From NCBI GenBank assembly GCA_934644965.1, contig CAKUDG010000005.1, positions 264-64,263 of the forward strand: a stretch of 64,000 nt of DNA, in the 5' to 3' direction. Origin of the DNA: an uncultured Victivallales bacterium (GTDB lineage: Bacteria; Verrucomicrobiota; Lentisphaeria; Victivallales; UBA1829). Under the pieces are notes generated by a model. It saw only the letters and a program-made list of their open reading frames with translations. It was not told the origin of the DNA and did no database searches. This document shows, piece by piece, positions 41,520 to 50,217 of the stretch (position 1 is its first letter; the number at the start of each line of letters is the position of its first letter). Both the position numbers and the translations under genes were made by a program.

Positions 41520-42138
41520 CACCATCTTCTCCGAAGAAATTCAGCTTCAGCGCTCCGATCTGACCACCATCAAGGATATGATCCCGAAGGGGGCGCGCAT
41601 ACTCGACCTCGGATGCGGATCCGGACGTCTGCTGAAGGCGCTCAAATCCCTGAAGAATGCCAAGGTGATGGGAGTAGAGGTCGATGAACAGAAAATTCTC
41701 CAGTGTGCGCAGCGCGGAGTCCCTGTCATTCAGGCGAACCTGGACGAGGCTTTGCGCGAATTCTCCGACAACTCCTGCGATTATGTCATCCTGAGCCGGA
41801 CCATTCAGGCCGTGCGCCATCCGGACACCGTCCTTTCGGAAATGCTGCGCATCGGTGGGCACGGAATTGTGAGCTTCATCAATTTCGGACACGTCAACGC
41901 GAGGATTCAGATTCTTCTGGGGAACATGCCCGTCACAAGAAATCTTCCTCTTTCGTGGTACGACACACCGAACATCCATCCTGCGACCATCGCAGACTTC
42001 CGGGACCTCTGCAAAGACATGGGAATCCGTATTTCCAAGGAAATTCCGCTCTCTCAACCGGAGGATTTCCTCCCCGCGCTCGCCGGGGTCTGGCCGAATC
42101 TGTTTGCATCGAACTGCATCTTCATCATTGAAAAATAG
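41512..42138 (+). CDS. metW: methionine biosynthesis protein MetW
   Basis: RILDLGCGSGRLL, SFINFGHVNARIQILLGNMPVT and WYDTPNIHPATIADF are characteristic of MetW. It overlaps metX by 8 nt. Confidence 0.9.
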   Translation: MTDTIFSEEIQLQRSDLTTIKDMIPKGARILDLGCGSGRLLKALKSLKNAKVMGVEVDEQKILQCAQRGVPVIQANLDEALREFSDNSCDYVILSRTIQAVRHPDTVLSEMLRIGGHGIVSFINFGHVNARIQILLGNMPVTRNLPLSWYDTPNIHPATIADFRDLCKDMGIRISKEIPLSQPEDFLPALAGVWPNLFASNCIFIIEK

Positions 42139-42145
42139 GTCGGGA

Positions 42146-42703
42146 ATGCCTTCGGGGAAACTTGAGATTCATTTTCAAATCAGGCCCGAAACGTTGCGGT
42201 GGATTTTTCTCGGGGCGAATCTTCTTCTGCTGTTTTTTCTTCTTTTTGTCGCCCTGGTTGATCCGAACAAGGTGCATTACACCTTCTGTCCCATCCGCTG
42301 GAAGACAGGGCTCTTCTGCGCCACTTGCGGCTCCACGCGCGCGGCACATGAACTATTGAACCTGAATTTCGCTTCAGCGATGGCTTACAATCCGTTTTTC
42401 GTCTTTTTCCTCTGCCCGGTATTTGCGGCATGCTGGGGACTGCTGGCACTGAAGATCTTCTTCGGAAAAGCGCTCCGTCTCCCCTACAAGACTTTCGCAG
42501 CCGCTCTGATCCTCCTTGCTCTCGCGTTCATGATTACGCGCAATCTGCCGGGAGAGAACTTCGACCGTCTGAGACCGCATCTCCTCCCGGCGGACAAGCT
42601 CAGCAGCGGCCGCCGCAGCATCGAAGAAAAAAGTCCTGAACGGCAGCAGAAGCCCGCAGCAGCAAAGGGAAAGGAGGCGTTTCTTCCTCATCATGCATCC
42701 TGA
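42146..42703 (+). CDS. DUF2752-family small membrane protein
   Basis: CPIRWKTGLFCATCGSTRAAHELLNLNF matches the DUF2752 CP..(G).CP.CG.TRA pattern. Several TM segments. ATG lies 8 nt after the metW stop. Confidence 0.7.
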   Translation: MPSGKLEIHFQIRPETLRWIFLGANLLLLFFLLFVALVDPNKVHYTFCPIRWKTGLFCATCGSTRAAHELLNLNFASAMAYNPFFVFFLCPVFAACWGLLALKIFFGKALRLPYKTFAAALILLALAFMITRNLPGENFDRLRPHLLPADKLSSGRRSIEEKSPERQQKPAAAKGKEAFLPHHAS

Positions 42704-43496
42704 CGACAGAATCCTGGCTTTCCGATGCGCTTATTACCGCGCACCCGCACAGCAGACGGAAGTCCCGCCGCGCAAGATCAGCCGCGATCATGAATACATC
42801 GAACTGCTCACGCGCGGAGGCGTCCTTCATGACGACGGAACAGGAAAGGAAGCCTATTACGGCCCCGGCTCTCTCTTCTGGCATTTCCCCGGAGAACACA
42901 CCATCTGCCGCTATCTGAAAGGAAAACCCTATGAATGCCTGGTGGCGGATTTCAAAATCGCTCCGCCCATGCGGAGAATTGCGCCGGCGGTAACCCGGTG
43001 CGTTTCCCTTGATGTACAGAAATTCACGGAAGAATCCCTCCGCGCGTTCCATGACGACTCTTTCGACAAGGCGCTTCTGGGCAGAAATGTTCACTCGCGT
43101 CTTCTCTGGGAAGCCTATTCCTCCGTCCGGATCAGTTCCGAACAGAACATCCCGGAGGTCCTGGAAAGGGCGACACGGTTTATAGAACACTCTTTCGCAA
43201 ACTCGTCTCTTACGGTTCGCCAGCTCGCAGAGGAACTGGATGTCAGCGTCCCGCATCTGCATATGCTTTTCCGGAAATACCTGAAGGAAACGCCTCATCA
43301 AAGAATCGTTGCAAGGCGTCTGCTGGAGGCAAAAAATCTTCTCGCAGCCTCTGATGCGACCTTGAAGGAACTGGCTTTCGACTGCGGATTCCCGAATGTC
43401 GAACATTTCTGCAGGCTCTTCCGCCAGCGTTTTTCCATGACTCCGTCGGAATTCCGGCGCCGCAACACCCCCTACCGTGATCTGCCGCGGGACTGA
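42693..43496 (+). CDS. AraC-family transcriptional regulator (cupin-like N-domain)
   Basis: C-terminal HTH LTVRQLAEELDVSVPHLHMLFRKY...LKELAFDCGFPNVEHFCRLFRQRFSMTPSEFRR. It overlaps the upstream gene by 11 nt. Confidence 0.85.
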   Translation: MHPDDRILAFRCAYYRAPAQQTEVPPRKISRDHEYIELLTRGGVLHDDGTGKEAYYGPGSLFWHFPGEHTICRYLKGKPYECLVADFKIAPPMRRIAPAVTRCVSLDVQKFTEESLRAFHDDSFDKALLGRNVHSRLLWEAYSSVRISSEQNIPEVLERATRFIEHSFANSSLTVRQLAEELDVSVPHLHMLFRKYLKETPHQRIVARRLLEAKNLLAASDATLKELAFDCGFPNVEHFCRLFRQRFSMTPSEFRRRNTPYRDLPRD

Positions 43497-43699
43497 AAAA
43501 GGGCAGTATCTTCTCCCCTGAAACAGCATTTTCCCTCTTTTGATTCTTCCCCTTCTTCTTCCTTCTGATCCCGGCGGAAGAGCCGTTGTTTCCCCCGCCG
43601 GAAGAGCCGCAGTTCCCCGGTTCCCTCCTCCACTTCAGGGAGAGAATCAGAAAGAGAAAAAAAGAAAGACTGAAAGCGGAGAACGGGAGGAGGAAATCA

Positions 43700-44674
43700 T
43701 CAGTCTCCCAGGAATTTATTCTGCATCAGATAATACTGAACATAGTCGCGGATCGACTCCTTCAGAGGCCGTGCCTCCTTCTGATATCCCGCCGCATGCA
43801 GACGCCCCATCTCCGCACAGGTGTAATACTGATATTTCGCCCGCAGAGATTCCGGCATGGGGATGTATTCGATGCGCGGTTCGCGGCCCATGGCGGAGAA
43901 AACCGCATTCGCCAGAGAATTCCAGGTCTCGGCACGGCCGCTGCCGATGTTGTAAAGTCCGCTCAGACGATGATCCAGAATGAAAAGCAGCATGTCGACG
44001 GCATCTTTCACATAGAGGAAGTCGCGTTTGAATTCTCCGTCCGCATAATCCGGATGATGGGACTGGAAGAGTTTCACCGTCCCCGTGCTGCAGATCTGTT
44101 CATACGCCCGCAGCACAACGCTGCGCATTTCCCCTTTGTGCAGTTCGTTCGGTCCGAAGACATTGGTGAATTTCATTCCCGCAATCGAACTGAAAAGTCC
44201 CTTGCGCTTCGCCCAGAGATCAAACATCTGTTTGGAATATCCGTACATATTCAGCGGACGGAGTTTTTCGATGCTCCCGACATCGTCCACATACCCCTGT
44301 TCCCCGCCCCCGTACGTCGCCGCGCTGGACGCATAAAGAAACTGGATTCCCCTGGAAACGGCAAACGAAGCCAGTTCCCTTGTATAGGCAAAATTGTTGG
44401 AAATCAGATAGGAGGCGTCCTTCTCCGTCGTAGCGGAACAGGCCCCGAGATGCAGAATCGCCTGCGTCCCTGATCCAAAGGTGCCGGAGGAAAGACGCTT
44501 GAGAAAATCCTCCTTCTCCAGATAATCCGCATAATGGAGTGCGCGCAGATTCCGCCATTTCTCAGACGTTCCCAGATGGTCCACCGCCAGAATGTCCGTT
44601 TCCCCGCGCTGATTCAGCGCCCATACCACCGCACTCCCGATCAGTCCCGAAGCACCGGTCACAATATATTTCAT
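43700..44674 (-). CDS. hldD: ADP-L-glycero-D-manno-heptose 6-epimerase
   Basis: MKYIVTGASGLIGSAVVWALNQRGETDILAVDHLGTSEKWRNL...YADYLEKEDFL closely follows the HldD/RfaD N-terminus. SDR YxxxK (YGYSK). Confidence 0.9.
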   Translation of the reverse strand: MKYIVTGASGLIGSAVVWALNQRGETDILAVDHLGTSEKWRNLRALHYADYLEKEDFLKRLSSGTFGSGTQAILHLGACSATTEKDASYLISNNFAYTRELASFAVSRGIQFLYASSAATYGGGEQGYVDDVGSIEKLRPLNMYGYSKQMFDLWAKRKGLFSSIAGMKFTNVFGPNELHKGEMRSVVLRAYEQICSTGTVKLFQSHHPDYADGEFKRDFLYVKDAVDMLLFILDHRLSGLYNIGSGRAETWNSLANAVFSAMGREPRIEYIPMPESLRAKYQYYTCAEMGRLHAAGYQKEARPLKESIRDYVQYYLMQNKFLGD

Positions 44675-44918
44675 TTCTCACAGTCTCCTTTTGAAGTCTT
44701 TTCTATGTTTCTGAACAGTTCAGGAAAATCTCAGGGAAAACAGCCTCCAGGGAGATTTTTTTCCTCCCTCACCTTCCTTCCACCCCATGCCTGGGGGGGA
44801 GAAAAAAGAAAGGAAGAAGGCCTTCCCCATTTCCCTCCGGCCGCATATTCAGGCGGACTTCCGGCTCCTCCTTCTCATTCCTTCCGAACATGGGGGAAGA
44901 AGGAGGGGGGCGGAAACG

Positions 44919-45404
44919 TTACCAGTCGTAAAACACGGATCCGCGGCGATTCAACGTTTCGCTTCTCCGGGAGGAATCCTTCCGCCAGGGGAAAATATCG
45001 GAAGAGGATCCTTCCTCAAGATGCGATTTGGTCACGTCCAGTTTTTCAGCCCGTTCCTGCGCCTTTCTCTCTTTGTAGTTCTTCCAGAAGTTTTTCCGTG
45101 CGGCGGCCTTGTCTTCGGCATCCTTCTGTCTCAGATAGGCCTGAAGTTCCTCCAGGGACATTTCTTCGATGTTTTTCCCGGAAAGTGCGGCGGCGTCCTT
45201 CCCGTTGTTCTCCGGATTCTGATTCTCCGTCCGGGAAGCGCATCCGGAAACAAGCATCTGAGAAAGGAAAAACAAGGGAAGAAGAAAACAGAGAAGGAAG
45301 GATCTTCCCGCAGAGAAAGACAGTTCCCTCCTCCGAAGCAGGAAAGAAAAGATGCTCAGAGAAAAACAAGGAGGACGACGGTTTTGAAAACATTTCTGCA
45401 TCAT
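44919..45404 (-). CDS. hypothetical lipoprotein
   Basis: Lipobox MLVSG|CAS after a hydrophobic FLLCFLLPLFFL stretch, then a charged helical region. The start codon is uncertain. Confidence 0.6.
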   Translation of the reverse strand: MMQKCFQNRRPPCFSLSIFSFLLRRRELSFSAGRSFLLCFLLPLFFLSQMLVSGCASRTENQNPENNGKDAAALSGKNIEEMSLEELQAYLRQKDAEDKAAARKNFWKNYKERKAQERAEKLDVTKSHLEEGSSSDIFPWRKDSSRRSETLNRRGSVFYDW

Positions 45405-45476
45405 GAAGAAGGGTTCCTTTCACAGAAGAAGAAGAAAAATAAAGAAAACGGGGAGTGTATGATCATTCTTTCCATA

Positions 45477-46895
45477 TCAGACATGCCGGATGATGACTAG
45501 GGTTTGATCGTCGGCCTGGGATTCCGGATTCCCGGAAAAACTGTCTACCGCATCCATGATTTTGGAAACGGATTCCTCCGGAGTATCGTTTCCGATGCAG
45601 GATTTCATGTAGACGTCCCGGATGCGTTCGATTCCGAAATATTCGCCTTCAGGGTTGACGGCTTCATTGATGCCATCCGTGAAAAGGAGAACGGCCATAT
45701 CGGGGGTGAATTCAAGGCAGATGGTGTCGCAGTCGGCAAGATCGCTGGGGAGGAGTCCGAGTCCGGCGCCGTCCGGGTTGATGCTTCGGATGTGGTTCCG
45801 GATATAGACCAGAAGCTCGGTATGGCCGGCACGGGCGTATTCAATGGTGGATTCGCGTTTGTCCAAGAGGCAGATGCCGAGTGTGATGTAGCGGCCGTCT
45901 CCGGTATCGCGGTACAGATTGTCGTTCAGATTCTGCAGGAAGTCCTTCATGGAGACGAAGTGGGAACTGTTCGCCCTGATGAAGCTGCGGGTCATGGCCA
46001 TAATCATGCAGGCGGGAATGCCTTTGCCGCAGGCGTCTCCGATGACGACCAGGAGCCGGTCGCGGTCGATCTCCACAAAATCATAGAAGTCTCCGCTGAC
46101 CTCCTTCGACGCCCGTGTGAACGCATGGATCATGAAGCGCCCCCAGACCGGAAAGCGTTTCGGAAGAAGCGAACTCTGAAGATTCCGGGCGAATTCCAGC
46201 TCCTGGTTGATCCGCTGCTGTTCACTCAGATGGGAATAGACAAGCATGATGTTCTGCGCCAGGACCGCCTGCCCCGCAATGAATTTCAAACGGGCAAGCT
46301 GTTCGCTGGAAAACGGACGCATATCCTTCGCCTTGCTGTTGACCGCGCAGATCACCCCCACAACGCGCCCTTCTGAAAGCATCGGAACAGCCATGAGAGC
46401 ATCGATCGGCGATACGGGGTCGATGTCGGCAATTCTGGGATCCTGGGGGTTGTCGATGACGACGTCCGCCCCGGTCAGGGCCACTTCCCCCACAATGCCC
46501 TCCCCCACATGAATGTGTTCCTTGCGGAGGGCTTCGAGAATGTAGCGGGGCTTTGTCATCACATAGGCATCCGCCTTATGGAGCGGAGGAAAGGCTCCCG
46601 CAACGCCGCTGGCCACAAGGGAATCATTCTCCAGCGTGAAAACACAGACGCTCTGCGCTTCAACCAGGTCCGCCACATAACGGGCGGTCACATTCATCCA
46701 GTTGCTGATTTCATCCGTTGTCTTGATATTCTGCGAGAAGAGATTCAGGAAATTGCCGATTTCCGCCCGGTTGTGCATGGCAACCTTCAATTTATCGCGC
46801 AGGACAATCACTTTATAGCGGTGAAATCCCAGTGCAAGAGCCAGCACGGCAATACAGATCAGCGCCGGGACAAGAAACAACAACGGTATATACAT
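45477..46895 (-). CDS. membrane-anchored GAF + PP2C (SpoIIE/RsbU-type) serine phosphatase
   Basis: ARNLQSSLLP...EVSGDFYDFV...VVIGDACGKGIPACMIMA...TDGINEA are SpoIIE-domain motifs. ATG 46895 (MYIPLLFLVPALICIAV) has GGAG upstream; the ORF opens at GTG 46955. Confidence 0.85.
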   Translation of the reverse strand: MYIPLLFLVPALICIAVLALALGFHRYKVIVLRDKLKVAMHNRAEIGNFLNLFSQNIKTTDEISNWMNVTARYVADLVEAQSVCVFTLENDSLVASGVAGAFPPLHKADAYVMTKPRYILEALRKEHIHVGEGIVGEVALTGADVVIDNPQDPRIADIDPVSPIDALMAVPMLSEGRVVGVICAVNSKAKDMRPFSSEQLARLKFIAGQAVLAQNIMLVYSHLSEQQRINQELEFARNLQSSLLPKRFPVWGRFMIHAFTRASKEVSGDFYDFVEIDRDRLLVVIGDACGKGIPACMIMAMTRSFIRANSSHFVSMKDFLQNLNDNLYRDTGDGRYITLGICLLDKRESTIEYARAGHTELLVYIRNHIRSINPDGAGLGLLPSDLADCDTICLEFTPDMAVLLFTDGINEAVNPEGEYFGIERIRDVYMKSCIGNDTPEESVSKIMDAVDSFSGNPESQADDQTLVIIRHV

Positions 46896-47106
46896 AAAAA
46901 ACAAACTCCGCGGAAAAACCCCTTCTTTCTCTCTTGCAATATAGACGGTTTTCACTCTAATAACACTGTAACATTATTTCCTTTTCCTTATTTTTCAAAT
47001 GAATCATGGAAAATGAACATGCAATCTTTGCAAAATGGCTGTATATTGAAAGAACGCAGGCGGCGCTTCCGCCTTTCCCGAAACGGATTTTCAAGCTTGA
47101 CCGACC

Positions 47107-47925
47107 ATGAAAAAAATCAGAGCGGATCTACTTTTATGTGAACAGGGACACTGTGCCACCCCGGAAGAAGGCGCCCGTCTCATCATGGCAGGCAAGGTGC
47201 GGCTCGGGCCGGATCACCTTCTCAGGAAGCCTTCTGAAATGCTGGATCCTGAAACACCGCTTCTGATCGGAAATCTTTCTGAATATGTCAGCCGCGGCGC
47301 CTACAAGCTGATCCCGGCGCTGGACCGTTTCCGTCCTTCCCTGGAGGGACTCGTGGCACTGGATATCGGCGCGTCCACTGGGGGGTTCACGGATCTCATG
47401 CTCAGAAGAGGTGCTGAAAAAGTCTATGCCGCGGATGTCGGGCGCGGAATCCTGCATGGAAAACTGAGGTCCGATCCGCGCGTGACCGTTGTGGAAGGGG
47501 TCAACGCAAGAACGCTTTCGGATCAGGAGGTGCCGGAGAAAACCGATGTCGTCACCATGGATCTCTCCTTCATTTCCGTAACGCGGGTCCTGCCCGCCGC
47601 GGATGCTCTGATGAAACAGGGGGCCATGGCGTTCATCCTGGTCAAACCGCAGTTCGAAGCGGATCGGAAAGATGTCCCGCACGGGGGCGTCGTCACGGAC
47701 GAGCGCGTCCGGGAGCAGACAGTGGAGAAGGTACGCCGCTTCGCGGAAGGAGAGCTCTCCTGGCAGACGCTCGGGGTGCTGCCGTCTCCGATCAAGGGAC
47801 CGAAGGGAAATCAGGAATATGTCGTCGTCTTCCGGAAAGCTCCGGAAGAACAGAAAAACACTCCGCAGAAACAGGAAAAAACGGACAGGACTTGCAGCTC
47901 AAATGAAAATCAACCTCTCTTCTGA
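47107..47925 (+). CDS. tlyA: TlyA-family rRNA 2'-O-methyltransferase
   Basis: S4-like N-terminus RADLLLCEQG, VSRGAYKL, and LDIGASTGGFTDLMLRRGAEKVYAADVG. Confidence 0.9.
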   Translation: MKKIRADLLLCEQGHCATPEEGARLIMAGKVRLGPDHLLRKPSEMLDPETPLLIGNLSEYVSRGAYKLIPALDRFRPSLEGLVALDIGASTGGFTDLMLRRGAEKVYAADVGRGILHGKLRSDPRVTVVEGVNARTLSDQEVPEKTDVVTMDLSFISVTRVLPAADALMKQGAMAFILVKPQFEADRKDVPHGGVVTDERVREQTVEKVRRFAEGELSWQTLGVLPSPIKGPKGNQEYVVVFRKAPEEQKNTPQKQEKTDRTCSSNENQPLF

Positions 47926-48385
47926 ACACACGGACGCCCAGTTCATCCATGATAAACTCTATGCATACAACTGTTTGAAAACAGGGAAGGAACCGCAGAA
48001 AATCTCTTTGGATCCCCTCCCGGGAAGAGCCGTCCTGCTGCTCGATGATGAGAAGGAGGATGATGAGGAGGAGAAGAAGGAGAAAGAAGAAGGGAAACGT
48101 CTTGGCGGACTCGTCTGGCACCTTTCCGGAGAACGGGGAGAAATCTTTGAAATCGAGTTCCTCTGGGTCTCGGACGCCTGTCGCGGGAAGGGTGCCGGAT
48201 CGGCTCTTCTCCGGGAAGCCGAAACCATCGCGAAACAGCATTCCTGCACCTGTCTCAAGCTCTTCACCAATACCTTCCAGGCACCGGATTTTTACAGAAA
48301 AGCCGGTTTCACTCTGACAAAGTCCGAACCGGATCCCGCCATTCCATGGAACACACGGTTCTATTTTGAAAGGGAACTTGTCTGA
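47903..48385 (+). CDS. GNAT-family N-acetyltransferase with acidic low-complexity insert
   Basis: WVSDACRGKGAGSALLREAETIAK (motif A: R/Q-x-x-G-x-G/A) and FYRKAGF. It starts at ATG 47903, overlapping the tlyA end by 23 nt, in another frame of ORF 47672..48385. Confidence 0.8.
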   Translation: MKINLSSEHTDAQFIHDKLYAYNCLKTGKEPQKISLDPLPGRAVLLLDDEKEDDEEEKKEKEEGKRLGGLVWHLSGERGEIFEIEFLWVSDACRGKGAGSALLREAETIAKQHSCTCLKLFTNTFQAPDFYRKAGFTLTKSEPDPAIPWNTRFYFERELV

Positions 48386-48455
48386 TCTTGTCTGATAAGG
48401 AATCCCGTCTGACAAGGAGAGGGGCCTCTCCAGGACTGAAAGGAAAAAAAACGTC

Positions 48456-49952
48456 ATGAAAATCGTACTGTTTTCCGGGCTGCATTATTCTCCAACCCCC
48501 CTGGAGGGAACGTCCTTTCCGGGGGAATACGCGCCGCTGGCGGACATTCTTCTGCTTCGTCTGGTTCACCGTTTGAACAACAGCATCAAACCGGATCTGG
48601 TCGTCCTTGCCGGCAATCTGCTTCATCGCAGAAATGCCGATGCGGAACTTCTGACTGTGCTGGGAGAATATCTGCGGAAACTCCACGCCCCCTGCATCAC
48701 CGTGCCGGGGAAACAGGATCCGGAACCGGAAAAGTTCTATGCCCACATTCCGCGGCCGCCGGAACATCTGGAAATAGACGGGCTCCATTTCTTCCCTCTC
48801 CTCTGCCCCGGACAGAATCTGGGCAGCGCCGCCTCCGGAGCCGGAGAACAGATCAGAAGCCTGATGGAGCGGTATCCCGGACCCGCCGCCGTCATCCAGG
48901 CGGACCCCTTCCCGGGAATACTGCCGCAGGAGGAGAAGACAACGCAGGAATCCGGAATTCCATCTCTTGCAAGCCTGCTCCTGACAGGACATCCGGAGGA
49001 GCCGGAAGAAGAAGTTCTGAGCAGACAGACGGCGCTTCCCGTATGCGAAGGCGGCATGCGGCGGCAGCAGCAGACCGTCGTCGCGGCGGAACGTCTCTGC
49101 GAAGCCCCGTTCCGGTACACGATCATCGAACGCGGAAGGAACGGGGAGATCCGAGTCTCGACGGAACAGCTCCGTCTGCCGGTGGAGGGATTGACGGATA
49201 CGCATATTCACACCTGTCTCGCCTATTGTCAGGAAAACATGGATCCGGTTCGGACGTTTGCCCTGGCCAAGGCGTTCGGCCTCCGCAAAATCGCCTTCAC
49301 GGAGCATTCGGGACAGCTGTATGTGAGTTCCCCGGACTACTGGGAAGGAAAACTCGACCGTCTCGGCTTCAAAGGATGCGTCATGAAAAGAAGGTCCGGG
49401 GACTATTTCCGACTGCTGGAGAAATGGGGGGAAACGGAGGACTTCATTCCGGGATTTGAAATTGACGTCGCGGAAGACGGTTCCCTCCTCGCCATGCCGG
49501 AAGACATCGCAAGAATCCGCCTGAAAGTGGGTTCCGTCCACAATCTCTCCGAAACGCGCGATTTTGAAAAGACGAAACAGGAATTTCTTTTCCGGGTGGA
49601 ATCCCTTCTCAGGAATTCCTGTCATGTCCTCGCGCATCCCTTCCGCGTCTTTCTCTGGAAACAGTTCGACACTCCGCGTGAACTGTATCCGGATGTGGTC
49701 CGTCTGCTGAAACAGTATTCCTGCGCAGCGGAAATCAATTTCCATGCACGGAATCTGCCGGAGGACGAATTCTTCGATCTCTGCCACAGAAACGGTGTGC
49801 CCATCACGCTCGGAAGCGACTCGCACAATCTCTACGAAATCGGGGAATTCTATGAACATCTGAAGCTTCTGGAACGGATCGGGGTGGAACCGGGTGAACT
49901 CTTCCAGGCTCCGGAAACCTCCCCCTCCCCGGGAAAACTTTCAATAACTTGA
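48456..49952 (+). CDS. fusion of a degenerate calcineurin-like metallophosphoesterase domain with a PHP (histidinol-phosphatase-like) domain
   Basis: The PHP motifs DTHIHT, FTEH, VGSVH, LAHP and GSDSH are intact. The N-domain aligns to MPE motifs but reads FSGLH / LAGNLL / VPGKQD instead of D-x-H / GD / GNHD. Confidence 0.75.
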   Translation: MKIVLFSGLHYSPTPLEGTSFPGEYAPLADILLLRLVHRLNNSIKPDLVVLAGNLLHRRNADAELLTVLGEYLRKLHAPCITVPGKQDPEPEKFYAHIPRPPEHLEIDGLHFFPLLCPGQNLGSAASGAGEQIRSLMERYPGPAAVIQADPFPGILPQEEKTTQESGIPSLASLLLTGHPEEPEEEVLSRQTALPVCEGGMRRQQQTVVAAERLCEAPFRYTIIERGRNGEIRVSTEQLRLPVEGLTDTHIHTCLAYCQENMDPVRTFALAKAFGLRKIAFTEHSGQLYVSSPDYWEGKLDRLGFKGCVMKRRSGDYFRLLEKWGETEDFIPGFEIDVAEDGSLLAMPEDIARIRLKVGSVHNLSETRDFEKTKQEFLFRVESLLRNSCHVLAHPFRVFLWKQFDTPRELYPDVVRLLKQYSCAAEINFHARNLPEDEFFDLCHRNGVPITLGSDSHNLYEIGEFYEHLKLLERIGVEPGELFQAPETSPSPGKLSIT

Positions 49953-50217
49953 ATTCCTTGAGAAACTGCGGAGACTCCTGGAGAATCTGCGGACGACACC
50001 GGGCATCTTGCGCTTCTCTCTTTTTTCCCATCCTTCCTGATCTTTCCAGCGGAGAGCTGCAGAAGGAGTTCAGACAGGAGAAGCCCCCCCCCCCTCCTCT
50101 CTCTTCTCCTTCCCGGGAAAGCGGGAAAAGCCGCTGGGAAAAAGCGGGGGGAGGGAAAAAAACGTGGGAAAAACCTGTCCCCCTCCCCCTCCTTTTTTTC
50201 TTCTCACATTCCCTTCT

